The notes beneath the pieces were generated by a model. The model saw nothing but the letters and a program-made list of their open reading frames with translations, was not told the origin of the DNA and did no database searches. Both the position numbers and the translations under genes were made by a program. Below are positions 39,939 through 52,141 of a stretch of DNA of 64,000 bases, piece after piece. How positions within the stretch are numbered: the stretch's first letter is position 1; each line of letters begins with the position of its first letter. The DNA comes from Tubulanus polymorphus (lineage: Eukaryota; Animalia; Nemertea), in the NCBI RefSeq assembly GCF_964204645.1, contig NC_134028.1, forward strand, positions 26,346,345 to 26,410,344, written 5' to 3'.

Positions 39939-41368
39939 TACGTTTGCAACAACCTTAGTAAAAGATGCTGCCACCAGTTGCTGCTACAACGGGATCCCCA
40001 CAACTCGTCGATTTTTAGGTGACTTATAGGCACAGTGGGCCCGGTGTCGAAATTTTTCAATTCAACGTAAAGACACATGTCACGTTAATAAAGAATTTAT
40101 CTAGTTATCTATCTAAACCTAAAATTGCATATAAGAAAGATCAGCTAGAAGATATCTCGTAGTGGCAATGATGGAAGCACTGGAAATACAAGATATCTCG
40201 TAATTGGCAGCTAACGTGTTATCTGCATAGCCTATAGAAAAAGAATTGTTTATAAAATATTCCTTTTTCATATGTAGTCTAAGCTTTGCCAAACTTACAA
40301 TAACATATTATAGCGCTCATTTATTTATTACGACGGAACCTCGTTAGGAAAATCTTTTTTGTTATAACCAATTATCGGATATATTTCACTGGTCGAGTTT
40401 CACAAGACAAATTACGAATTTCCAACCTTTTCTTGGGATATTTTTCCACACATGTATGAAATTCGGACCTAGGTAAAAATATCCGACCCCCTATACCAGC
40501 TACAGCTGTAATAACTTATAGAAATTGTTATCAATATATTTATGTATACTTTTTAGATAGAGTTGAATGTGAGGAGGTACTTGTATTGTACTGTATAATC
40601 ATGTGAGGAAGTACTGTATTATCACTGCTGTCACAACTAACATGTCCATTTTATAAAAATACACTATGTTATTATATTCATATAATGAATTGATTACTAT
40701 TGCTGTTGAATTTTAGGACCTATCATAATCTATTTATTAATCAACTATATTTTTTAGTATTTTTTTTAATTTTTTGTCAACAATGTCTCACATACCGCTC
40801 TTGCACGCATGACTCGTGATTTAAATCCAAAACTGGTCTTAGATCAAGTTGTTAGATTGGCTATAAAACTGAATTGGTCTAAGATTGGTCTTATATTTAA
40901 ACCATGACTGTGTAACTGGCCCGAGGATCTATGGTCTTAGTACATATGCATGTATGTAAAATGTTTGCCAAACTGCAGACGCTGCTTTATGAATGGATCC
41001 TTGCAAACTATGAAGTTTCAAATGGGAAATTTATACTCTATTATTTACATCAACATAAAATGTTCAAAAATGCATATGAGGGTATTTAAAAATATTTTGT
41101 GAATGGCTTTCATATTAAATGCTCGTGCTAATTGTAAAACAAGATTTTATGTGAATTCAAAATCACTTTTTGATACAGAATAAATTATTATATATTGCAT
41201 CAATGCATGTATTATGTTTGAATTTGAGGTTTTCTGGAAATTTTGCTGCACCAAATAAGGATTTTGCCTGACTCAATTCGCTAATTTAAAGTAAAAATTC
41301 GCCAAAAGGCTCCATTTTTGACAACTTATATTTGTGGGATTCGAACCCATTTTCGGCCTAAAACCAAG

Positions 41369-44300
41369 ATGGCGGCGTCCATGTTCCGAATGATTTGTAC
41401 GAGTAAGTTGCATTTAATCGAGTTTTCTTGCTGTTTGGGTCAAGGACTTGTCACTGAATTGATAGAACAAGTATCAATGAACAACCCCAGTGGATCCCTG
41501 TTGATACAAAAATTATAGATTTTTATAAATTTATAGTGATAGTTTATTTGATAAAATATATAACTTGCAAATTGAATTGCAGTTTCCTGATCCATTCCTG
41601 GTACCCTGTCCTTCACTTCGTTCGGTCCCCATACGATACATTATCAATCGTGACAAGTCTCAGTATTTTGAGGTGATTACATTAAATGTCGATTTACACC
41701 ATTTTGTTGGATATTGATTATAGATTCGCGGAATTTATTGAAACAGTGTTCAGTAATTGATAGGACGCGTTCAGCTGCTGCTGCTGTGGTCACGGCTAGT
41801 ATTCACACAACACAAATTACGCACAAAAATCAGAAATCAAAGAGAGGAAAAGCTCCACATGAAGCGAAAGAAACTCAGAAATGGGTGAGAGATGGAGGAG
41901 AGTAAGTAATACGCAGCTTCTTCTGATGTTTTAGAAACCGTTGAGAAAGAGTAACCCACAATACTTACGGTATCAAACGTTTTTCAAATAAGGCAGGCAG
42001 GTGATATTTTACCAATGCGGCATTATTCCTGTTAACTTATTTTGCCGACAACTCATTCTGATCAGCTAATTTACGGCATGCATGCGCACAGAGGTGTGTG
42101 AAGGAAAGTGTCGTGAATTAGAGAAAATAGAGCAGAAGCAGTATTCGAACCCGGGCCAGCAGATTGCTAGCGTAACCGACTTCTGAGCGACTGCAGCCCC
42201 TATAATTTCTGTTTTCAGAAAAGTGAAACGGTTCTCTGAAGAGAAAGTGTTTCCGGCGGAATTCGTCGCGAAGAAAGTCGTCGACGACGTGTGGTTTACG
42301 AAATACTACATGGAACAGGAGTTTACGCTGGAACAGGCGATCACAATGCATCAAGAGATCAGCGGTCCCGACATGTTAAACAATCGCGACGAGATGATCT
42401 ACCTTAATATGAGACTCGATATGAAAACGAAGAAAAAGACGAAGTTTCTGAGAACGATTCGTTCTTCAGTTTTATTTCCGCATGAATTTGATGACGGCAT
42501 CGAAAAAAAACTGTTAGCATTTTGTAAGGTATGTATGAGAAATATAACTTCCTCTAATCTCGCGCTAGATTACTCGATAAAAATTGACTATGCACGCAGT
42601 CCATGCATTCACCAGTCTAGTCGTTAATCCATTCAAACCAGTAGAACTATAAAAAGATTTTCTGTCCCTACTCATGGTCATTCAATAATTGTGAATAAAT
42701 GATTGTGAATAAATCTGTGAATATACTGGACTCTGCTTGTTCAATCTTCTGCTGTCTGTACCCTGGACCCCTCAGACAATCTGCAGTCTGTACCCCGCAC
42801 CTCTCAGATAATCTGCAGTCTGTACCCTGGACCCCTCAGACAATCTGCAGTCTGTACCCCGCACTCCTCAGACAATCTGCAGTCTGTACCCCGCACCCCT
42901 CAGACAATCTGCAGTCTTGAGGCGGTGGGTACAGACCAGGTTCACAGTTTGATTAGGACTGAAAGAAAATTTGTGCGACTTGAATGATGCAAACTTGATT
43001 TATTTACAGACGGATGAAGAAACACAGATTGCGAAAGAAAAAGGAGCCCTATTTGCAGGAGGTAGTGATATAATACGCCAGGTCAGTATTCACTGAATTC
43101 AGTTCCACTCAGTGATGTTTGCACAATGAATGGATGCTATTAATTACCGATATTGTATTTATAGCTTGACGCTGGTGAAATTGATAAAAGTGAATTTGAT
43201 TTCGTTGTTGCTACAATGGATATTGTTACCGATCTCGTACCTATTCGACACGTCATCAAAGATATATTTCCGAACAAACAAAAAGGTAAATAATCCTCGA
43301 TCCGATTCTACAGTTCCCGCACGAATTAGTTCCTCAGTTAGTCAGGGTTATTACACACGTTCTTGAAACTCTTGGAAACTTCTAGAAAATTTTTTCTAGA
43401 CCCTTGGTAATTTTTCTTTCTTTGGCAAAGGTATAGAAAATCAAAAAATGGTCTCAAAATAAAATTTTCTTTCTATTTTCAATTTTAGGCTATATGCCTA
43501 AATGTCCTACTACGCATTTGATAACAAACTTTATGAAAACACTTTTTCACTGGTATCAATAATAATTTTAACATAATGAGGATGTATTTTTGCTGGTATT
43601 GATAATTGGCACTGGTTAGTGAATCGTATTTGTATGTTTTTTAGGAACTTTAGGCGCTGATATAGGACAGCTCGTGGATAGCGTCATCAAAAGTCATCAT
43701 TATGAATCGAAACGCGATGAATTTGAAGATGAATCAATGTTGACCGTACCAATTGGAAAAGTACGTTGTTATCTGTGTCTCCAGGATCCAGCCCCTGGAA
43801 TGTAAGCGTAAGAAATGGTTCATCTTATTCATATGATTCATTGATTTCTCTTTCAGTTGAGCATGTCATGCGAAGAGTTAGTAGAAAATGGCAAAGCAAT
43901 TATCGCTAAAGTTCGCACTCACAAACCGGCTAATTTAGGTAAATATGCTGGAAACCTTGCAGTCTTACTTAGATCTGACCTACGCAGACTTTTGGCTCAA
44001 ACATAAAGAGGAGGGGGTGAAGATAATACTGAAAATTGCAGAAATCAGGGGAGGGGCTCCAAAATTTACCACTTGAATTTCCAGAAATGTTGGGATAGAA
44101 ATTGACAACTTCTCCCTGTGTATATAGGGTCCCTATGAGTCCTTGGTTCCTTAAAGACTCCTTCTTAACTGAAAATATGTCTAAAGGTGAATATCTTCTC
44201 CATGAAAACTCCGTATATCCAAGAATAACCGATCTGTGGGGTCCATGGGAGATGATGCATGAAATTGCATTTATGAAGGGAGTGTTATAGTTTGTACATA

Positions 44301-44514
44301 AAAGAATGACTCCTTATAAAAATGTTACGTTTGTTTGTTTGATGGCTTTTCAGGACACATGATCAAAGAGATCTACGCGCTGATACCGTTCTCAAAGGAA
44401 CAATTTCTACTGAATAAACAACTTTATCGTCCTGGTGAACAAAAATTAGAACAAGAATCGGAGGACAATGAGAATGATAGCGATGATGAAGAAGCAGTTG
44501 CTTCTAAATCGTGA
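41369..44514 (+). CDS. MRPL1: Mitochondrial large ribosomal subunit protein uL1m (~357 aa)
   Basis: Exons 41369-41402, 41724-41901, 42219-42528, 43010-43081, 43165-43285, 43645-43760, 43857-43938, 44354-44514, all phase-consistent. N-terminal mitochondrial-type presequence MAASMFRM; motifs DDVWFTKYY, LDMKTKKK, FPHEF, GALFAGG, VPIGKL. Confidence 0.9.
42755..42917. repeat. 32-bp minisatellite in an MRPL1 intron
   Basis: ctgtaccccgcacccctcagacaatctgcagt x ~5. Confidence 0.85.
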
Positions 44515-45463
44515 TGTGCAAAAATGACTTTGTGGTTCTGGATTCACCTGGATGTGCTCCGTAGTCGAGAATGATGACCAAACGTGGACTTAAATCTTAA
44601 GACTGTTTAAGTCTTGGCCTTAAGTCGTGATTTGCAAAAATTACGTTAATTAGTGAAGAATTCATCGTTATCTAATCCTGTGTAATATTGACTATAGAAT
44701 ATCGGAAATATACTGTAAAAATAAAAAAAATCTATTCAGAAAAATCTTGTGATCCTTGTCCTTGTGGTTCTAGCTCCTCTGAGGCTTGTTCCATAGTCGA
44801 AGTGTACTTAAATCTTAGTACTGATCTTTATTTAAGTCTTAGCCGTGACTTTTGAACCCGACGAATAAACAAGATCCTTTCTTTCACTGATTCGCTACTA
44901 CCACTAATTCCTCAAATCATGACATCGGAACTAACACGAACATATCCCACATCTCAGAATCCAGTAGATTAGAATTTGACTTTCGAGTTGAAACATTGAA
45001 AATGAACTATTTTTAACCCCAGATTCAAATAACCAACAACTGAAGAACCGGATTTAGTGCTAGAAATAAAGCCTGATCCTCCATTCCATATCAATGAACT
45101 CAACTCATGAATTTCTACAGATTTTGGTACAGATTTTATTTTTGATTTCCAATGCACACAAACTATATATTCGCTTTCAAATCTTGTATTAAGTGGGTTT
45201 TATACTTCTATTCTGCACGTCAATAGTGTAACGGGCTATTCTAAAGCTCAACTAGTTTACAAGTAATGATATTTCGTATGTTATAAATGTATACTACTTA
45301 CATATTATTGTTTAAATCTTTACTGCCGAATTTATGGTGTTTTTATTTTGATACGTACATGTATAGGAGTGATTGTTCTCATGTTAAAATAGAATACGTG
45401 CTAAGATTGGAAATAATTTCATAGATCTAAAAAGAGGCCATACTTATACATATATCCGTTGTT

Positions 45464-45946
45464 TCAGTTTTTCCGTGGCAATTTGCAACACTTAACTCGC
45501 TTATCGATACAAACCACCATAAGAGCAATTAACAAAGCGAACAAAACGACCAGGTGGAGAAATTCGTTGTAAAATGTCAAAGGGGTTTTTCCTTTGGAAA
45601 ACTTGCTGATAATGGCATCCAATATATACCCGAGTAGGATGGCAGCCGACACAGCGCACAAGACGGCGCAACCGATCTTATTACGTTTCAGAGGCTTTTT
45701 CATAGCAACGAGTCCGATAATAGCAGCGATCAGAGGAAATATTCCGGCCCATATAAAGAAATACCTGATATCAAATTCTTTTTCCGTCATCATTACGACA
45801 TTAGCAATCATTGCGGTTATATCGCTGTATATGATCAGAGCGCCGAGAACCGAAATGGTCTTGACGCGGAAACCTTTTATCACGCATTTTCCGTCGACGC
45901 ATTCTCCTTGCTCCATTTCCATCGGCGCAACCGCACTTTTATCCAT
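45464..45946 (-). CDS. Small four-TM membrane protein, MS4A/CD20-like (160 aa)
   Basis: Four hydrophobic segments, IWAGIF..IAAIIG motif, C-terminal CC; acceptor ttttccag just before ATG 45946; likely non-coding first exon ending near 46752 (GTGAGT donor). Confidence 0.65.
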   Translation of the reverse strand: MDKSAVAPMEMEQGECVDGKCVIKGFRVKTISVLGALIIYSDITAMIANVVMMTEKEFDIRYFFIWAGIFPLIAAIIGLVAMKKPLKRNKIGCAVLCAVSAAILLGYILDAIISKFSKGKTPLTFYNEFLHLVVLFALLIALMVVCIDKRVKCCKLPRKN

Positions 45947-46317
45947 CTCTGGAAAAAACAACCTGAATAGATCACGGAGCGTTAGGCAGAATATAGGACA
46001 TCCATATCTTACAACTACCACAATAATATACGTTACAATTCAACCACGCGGTCAGTGTTCAGCCAAAACTGGACCCATTTGCATAACGCATCTCAGTTGA
46101 GTAAAACTACATGATTGATTATCTTTATCAGAAATCGATTGAAAATTTTCACTAAAGCGACTAAAACATTATCGTCATTGTCAGCGATTTTGAATCTCCA
46201 ATCCTGCTGATGACTGTTTGGTTATAGTCGAAACGTCGAATCAATAAATCATTAGCTCAAAGGAAACTTTTCGGACTTAATATATCTTCATCGTGATGTA
46301 TCAATCTGAGAGATTCT

Positions 46318-46615
46318 TACGGAAGCGATAAAGGGCCTCGAGATGTCGCGTTCAAACACGACAAGTCGCCATATTTATGTCGACATATCGCGATATATCG
46401 CGTCAAGTCGACATGAATATGGCGACATATCGTGACGTTTTCACGACAAATTTCGCTTTTTCGCCCATTTTCCACGGGACAAGCCGTCATTTGAAGACAT
46501 GTCTAAATGTAAGATGAGGACACCAGTGATATGACGACTGAGGTTCAAGTCGTCATGAATATGGCGACTTGTCGAGTTGGAACGCGACATCTTGAGGCCC
46601 TTTATCGCTTCCGTA
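46318..46615. mobile_element. MITE with TAC...GTA ends and 6-bp TSD (IS3EU-like)
   Basis: ~65-bp TIR TACGGAAGCGATAAAGGGCCTC...; GATTCT duplicated at 46312-46317 and 46616-46621. Confidence 0.85.
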
Positions 46616-46888
46616 GATTCTCCCTCTCTCCCTTTACTCTTTAAAACTTTTTAGCTAACGAGAAAATCTAAAACATGTATGAATGATCAAAATCACCGCC
46701 AAAGACAGAAAAGTATAGTTTTGAAATAATAGCAAAACTGTCAAAACTCACCAATAATCAAATGTGAAATCCAAAATATGTAGAGCAGTCGTAAAACCCC
46801 GACCAGTTCGGTGTTGTTTTGATACGGACCTCGACTCTAGTTAGAACTGTCAGAAAACAGAAAGGTATGATAGTCCGGTGATTCGGGC

Positions 46889-46895
46889 TTTTATA
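46889..46895 (-). promoter_or_regulatory. TATA box, probably of the 4-TM gene
   Basis: TATAAAA on the minus strand ~140 nt upstream of the GTGAGT donor at ~46751. Confidence 0.4.
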
Positions 46896-47230
46896 TCATA
46901 TTGTGACGTGCCAGAAAATATCGTTTATTGCTGGAAATCTCATCAATGTTTCTGCGTCGGTAACGATACGTGTACGCGGTAACGTCAGCTCCGTCACTCG
47001 AAATATCTCGTTAGAAGTTTTCCACTCATGGATACCAGCCCGAACACCAATTCTCTTCGAATTCAATTTTCAGATCAATTCATAAAATTATTCTTGAATA
47101 TTCAAATGTTTTTAATAATTTCGACTCATATATTTCTGATCAATTTTCTCCGAGTTAAGCCAGCACAATGCGCAGGCCTGCATACTTTATGAACGAGCGG
47201 CGTTGTTGATGCTTACTTTCATATTTGCCA

Positions 47231-47420
47231 TTTGGTTTTTTCGTGGTTTCCAAGACTCGTTATCGAAGATATCTAAATACGCGCTGATAGGGCCACAATT
47301 CGCTGAAAGGAACAATCTTGATCGGGTCAAAAGCGATATCGTCCCGGTGATATAAAGGATAATTAAAAAAGAATTCGAGGATGATGAGAATGATAACGAT
47401 GATGAAGAAGCAGTGCTTTG
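47231..47420 (+). pseudogene. Degenerate duplicate of the last MRPL1 exon
   Basis: Collinear matches to 44331-44504 (tacgcgctgata, aaaggaacaat, tatcgtccYggtga, atgagaatgataRcgatgatgaagaagcagt) with indels; acceptor cag changed to caa. Confidence 0.7.
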
Positions 47421-49235
47421 ATTAATTGATGAATTCGCTGTTTTCTGATCCTGGTTATAAATATTGACGATGACATTTTGGAAATGAACAGTAGAATATA
47501 TGAAAAGAAAAATCGTGAGATACATTTCTTCGAGTTTCCGGACGTTGTATCGATATACATTGAGCTCCTCCATCTGAGAAATACGAAATGATACCAGGAA
47601 CTAGCTCAGAATTTCACCAAACACAAACGATATTGAAATAATTCAAAGCTTGATTTATTGCCGAAACGAGAGCCAAAGAGAAAGAGAGCGATGGATAGAG
47701 GGACGTGAATTTATATTGCTCCACTAGACAATGACCAGACGTCAGTAGGACAGTCCAAATGACCAGTGCCGAGTGAAGTAAAAGGTTGGGATTTAAAAAG
47801 AATATTGATTCCAATATAATTACAATACGGATTGTTTGCAATGAAAACTGAATAATGACGTGGATATCAAATTAATACTATCCTCTGTATCAGAAATCCT
47901 TTCGCTCGTAAACCAGTCACTGAATAAACAAATCCAATAACCTCTTCTATCTTTGTAGGGGTCGTACACATGGTATCATTATAAGCCGCGATCACACGAG
48001 CATATTTGGCCCGGGAAAATTTTAGCATGGGACAAATAATTGCGTGTTGAATTGCTTTTACAGGTTCTTGAAGTGACTCATTTTGCTTCGTTTAAGCGTA
48101 ATAAAAGTTACCAAAGACTAAGTAAGTAGAGGGAGGAAACCACGAACAAGCGAAAACACAACAAATCAGATAGTTCGTACGCATATGTATATTCTTCAAT
48201 ATCTATACAATAATTCTCTACTTAATACAATTAGACCTCGGTAGCAAGAATCTCCTTAAATGGCTATCAATTAGAAAGCTATTGCAGTCTAGTTTAGCTA
48301 TGGACTCTTCGTTTTAGAGTCCATGGTTTAGCGATACTAAATTTGCTTCAGTTTTTACCGACAATCAGAACTCCAAGTAGCAACTCGTCAAGCTTTCGTT
48401 CATAAGATTTACGCATCTAATTTGTAGAATATAACATGGTTCATAAAATGTCCTTCGAGAAAGACCTCTCCGCACAGATTACGTAGTTTTGCCATGGACC
48501 CTGAACCGTTTTAGAAATCCGCTGTTTTTTTCATACAACACAAGTCGAAATAGAATTGCAAAATTAGAGTATTAATGAAAACATTAGGGATGAACAAATC
48601 GTTTTTCTCAGAAAAAAACAACATTTAAATCCACTACCATATGGGACCGTTCTTCATCTCCACATGCACACAACTTTTTTACCAACGTTATGGCCACATT
48701 CTAATAGCGAGAAGCGGTCGATTTCTGACCGCACCCTACCACAGCCGCTCCATGGATGCCACTCAAGCCGCCGCTGCGAAAACTATCGTTGGCGTATATT
48801 TCTGATACAGGCCTACAGTATAAGTCCATTGTCACGCCACTGCTCGAGTACCGATGAAAAGCATGGCGTTAAAACGAATTAAGCAGCGTTATAAAGATAA
48901 TATTTTCATTGAATTGGGTTAAATTGAGCAAATCCTGTTCTCTGATAAAATGTTGGTTTCAAGCGAACAGTGGTATCAAAAAGGATTTGACTGTCATAGT
49001 GGTAGAAGACAACATATACACAACTCATTATACAACCGACACCCATACTCCCTTCCACCCCCGCCCCCCCCCCTACTACTACCAAGAACAAATAGTTTAC
49101 AACATGACAAACTGATCAAAACACGATTCAACCTTTAACACGATTATGAAATTACTGCGTCGTCTTCGAAAGTATGAATTCATAAAAAACCTAATTTCAG
49201 ACAACAAAAAGAATAGCTTCACTGCATTTTTAAAA

Positions 49236-52141
49236 TCAGTTTGTTTTTGCGCGGGAATTGATCATCGGAAGCAGAGATTCTCGGAGCTTCGGACAAACGG
49301 CTAAGAACACTAGAGGCATCGCCGTTGTGACGGTTTTAGCGGTCATAGGAGCAATAGTAGCAACGAACATAGAAACCTCTGTAGAAGAAGTCAAGATTTG
49401 CCACATGACTGTCACGGCATAAGGCGTCCAAGCAACCATCGAACACAGGAACAACATGATCGTCACCTGTAAAAGAAACGCATTTAAGGGGATATCAATG
49501 AATATAATACCCATGAGTGACATAAGTATAATTCACCCGAAGAGATGCAGGAGGACAGTCGGCATCAGATATAGGATCTAGGAAAATTGGAAGGCAGGGG
49601 TCTAGAAGAAATTACTAATTAGCGGGGTCCCAACCGCGGTGTTAGATATGTGTGAAGACAAATGCCCGAAAATATGCAATTTCCTCTAAATGATGAGCGT
49701 CAGATTTTCACGGTTTAACGATCTTTGTCTCGACGAAAAGGGCAACCTCTATGGAAAGGCAGGCATCCCCTAAATCCACCCCTGAGACATCCACTCTCTA
49801 AATCCACCCCTGAGACATCCACTCTCAAAATCCACCCCTGAGACATCCACCCCTAGAATCAGGATCCGTTGCATTACTCAGCTAGTATTAACCTTCATCA
49901 ACTGTTTCTCTGTAACTTGATTTTCCTTATCGCAAACGTGTCGTTCTTCCATCGCCATCCAGGACAAGAGATAGAAAAATACGATCATCATAATCGGTAT
50001 CAAATAGCTAAAAATCGTCACGGCAATGACGTAGGAAATATGGTTGGAATCCGTGGCCATCCAGTCAATCGTGCAAGCAGTTTTAGTCGGTTCCAATTTG
50101 TACCTGCAACGATAATGATGAATGATTAAATTTTCAAAGCTTTACTGGTAACCATGGCGATATATTTGTGATACAAGATAGATAGAAGTAATCAGCTTTT
50201 AGAAATTTTGATGATAATGAGATGATATTCATGTCAGAATTGCAAGACGATCTTACGCAGTTCATTCATCGGACAGAGCTATTCATGTCTAGTACGTATG
50301 TATTCAGCAGTTGTTACTGAGTTCGTTAGCAAAACAAATGCAATATATAGGGACGGTGGGAATCTCGTTGATCCATTCACTAATTAGATGACGAGACATT
50401 TGGCTACCTTAAGAGAGTCATAGTTATTGCTGCGCTTGATTGGATTTCTTCAATTAAGACTTAAAAAGCAAATTATTTGAGCAAGAAATACGTACGAGAT
50501 GAAGGATACTAAATTATCTCATTCATGGCATCACAAAATACAACTGTGGGAGTGTTGGGCGAGTTCACACGAGTTCTTTGAGCTTACCTACTCCAACCCA
50601 TCAGTGGCATTACAGACCAGTACAATGCGTGTCCCCAAATCAGCGCAGACAGAATCCTGAAATGTTTACCAGTCATTTGGACATCTGAAACGATGAAAAG
50701 ATCTCTTTCATAACCATTTCAGGTGCCACATGTGGCCTGTTTAATAACTTCATACGGATCCACCTCCCAGAATTCTGCAAAAATCATCAAATTCATAGAA
50801 AGTCTCTTTTGCCTTCCTTCGTGTTTTCATCACAATTTTAGAGAAGGAGAAAACATTTTTTGTTGTTGTCCGTCTCAATTTTCAATCTCGTGATTTGCAA
50901 AAAAAGTTTTTCCATTTCCTTCATTACGTGAATCAAATTAATCACAATTTCACCCATTAAAAACAAATTTTTTTCTGCAGTCCTTCCGACGTTTTATGCG
51001 AAAAATTCTCACATAAAAGAAAGAAAATTTATGTTTTTTATGAAAAAGCCTTTAATGAAAATTCTTTTTATTCGAAATTTGTTCCCTTCGCCCTCCCATT
51101 TCTGTTCTTGAAAAAAATCCGTACTCCAAGTATTTCTAAGAGAAAGGCCTAAGTAAATTTCGACTCACATATCTCAGTCCAGCAGTTTGCCAGATACCGC
51201 TCCACAGTCAAAGCGAATACGAATCCTATCGCTGCCAAACCGAACAGAAATCCGATAAACGCGTAAAACTGACAACCGAAATCTCCAAATATCCAACTAA
51301 AAAAACCCGACGATAATGAGTAGAATATGTACAAAACGTGAATGGATTAATGCATTGATATTGGATTGAGTTGATGCTGCTTACTGTTCTGCGAAGCTGG
51401 ATAATGCCGGTAATGGTGATCCGATAACTACACCGATATTAGCTACAGCTAAATTCAATACAACGATATTTCTTGGAGATCTGATGAGTCCTTCTTGTTT
51501 GAACAACCAAAACAATAAACCATTTCCGACAACTCCTAAAATTGCTGAAACATCATAAAAATAACATCTCGTAGAAAGAGGCGTAGATAGGCGTGTCGTT
51601 TGACCCCGCAGTAAAACCCGCTTATAATCCGGATCGACTTAATCCGGATTTTGTTATAATCCGGGCATTATTAGCAGCCCGTTTGTTCATTAGTATACAT
51701 GAAAAGGACTTTTCCTTAAATTAGATGAATTTGGTCAAAAAGATCCGTATATAAGCGGGTTCTATTTGTATGATACCTATTCAGAAATATATAAGTGAGA
51801 ATTCAAAACTAGGATGAACTGATTTTCATACATTTATAAGAGATTCAACCTATTCATGCTTCATGAATAGAAGCAATCTGAACTAATGTCGATAATGATA
51901 ATAGCTTCGAATGAACTAGCCCTGCACTAGTGCTGCAATTGTTAGGCAAACTTCTGGCCCGGCTTCCTCAGTCGAGACTCAACGCCATCCTTCGACTTTT
52001 CGATCCTCAGGAATTAAAGCCCCAAAATATTTATAGTTTTGACCAAATATACATATCCAACCTACCGACAATCAAATAGATGATACCAGTCACCACATGT
52101 TCAAACCTTGTGAAGTCCTTCGGTAGAAATACCCCAGCCAT
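49236..52141 (-). CDS. Opsin of the retinochrome/RGR/peropsin (photoisomerase) group, 300 aa
   Basis: Exons 52141-52066, 51544-51385, 51296-51169, 50684-50588, 50103-49893, 49466-49236 (903 nt). 7 TM, WIFGDFGCQFY, ERY, GWSRYKLEPTKTACTIDW, retinal-binding Lys in APMTAKT; FTRFEHVVTGIIYL and EKQL resemble squid retinochrome; NPxxY replaced by MPLVF. Confidence 0.9.
49772..49853. repeat. ~28-bp tandem repeat at the end of a dispersed element
   Basis: aaatccacccctgagacatccactct x3; upstream gacgaaaagggcaacctc is shared with ~1200 and ~21350. Confidence 0.7.
50346..50470 (-). pseudogene. Degenerate 28S rRNA gene fragment in an opsin intron
   Basis: agggacggtgggaatctcgttgatccattca...ctaattagatgacgagacatttggctaccttaagagagtcatagtta...gcgcttgattggatttcttca is the reverse complement of the conserved LSU rRNA segment, with two ~10-nt deletions. 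Confidence 0.85.
51609..51768. mobile_element. Short Tc1/pogo-like MITE remnant
   Basis: Imperfect TIRs cagtaaaacccgcttataatccggatc / gatccgtatataagcgggttctatttg. Confidence 0.5.

Noticed and set aside
45594-46100. 168-aa plus-strand ORF
   Set aside because: Antisense to the 4-TM gene; no independent features.
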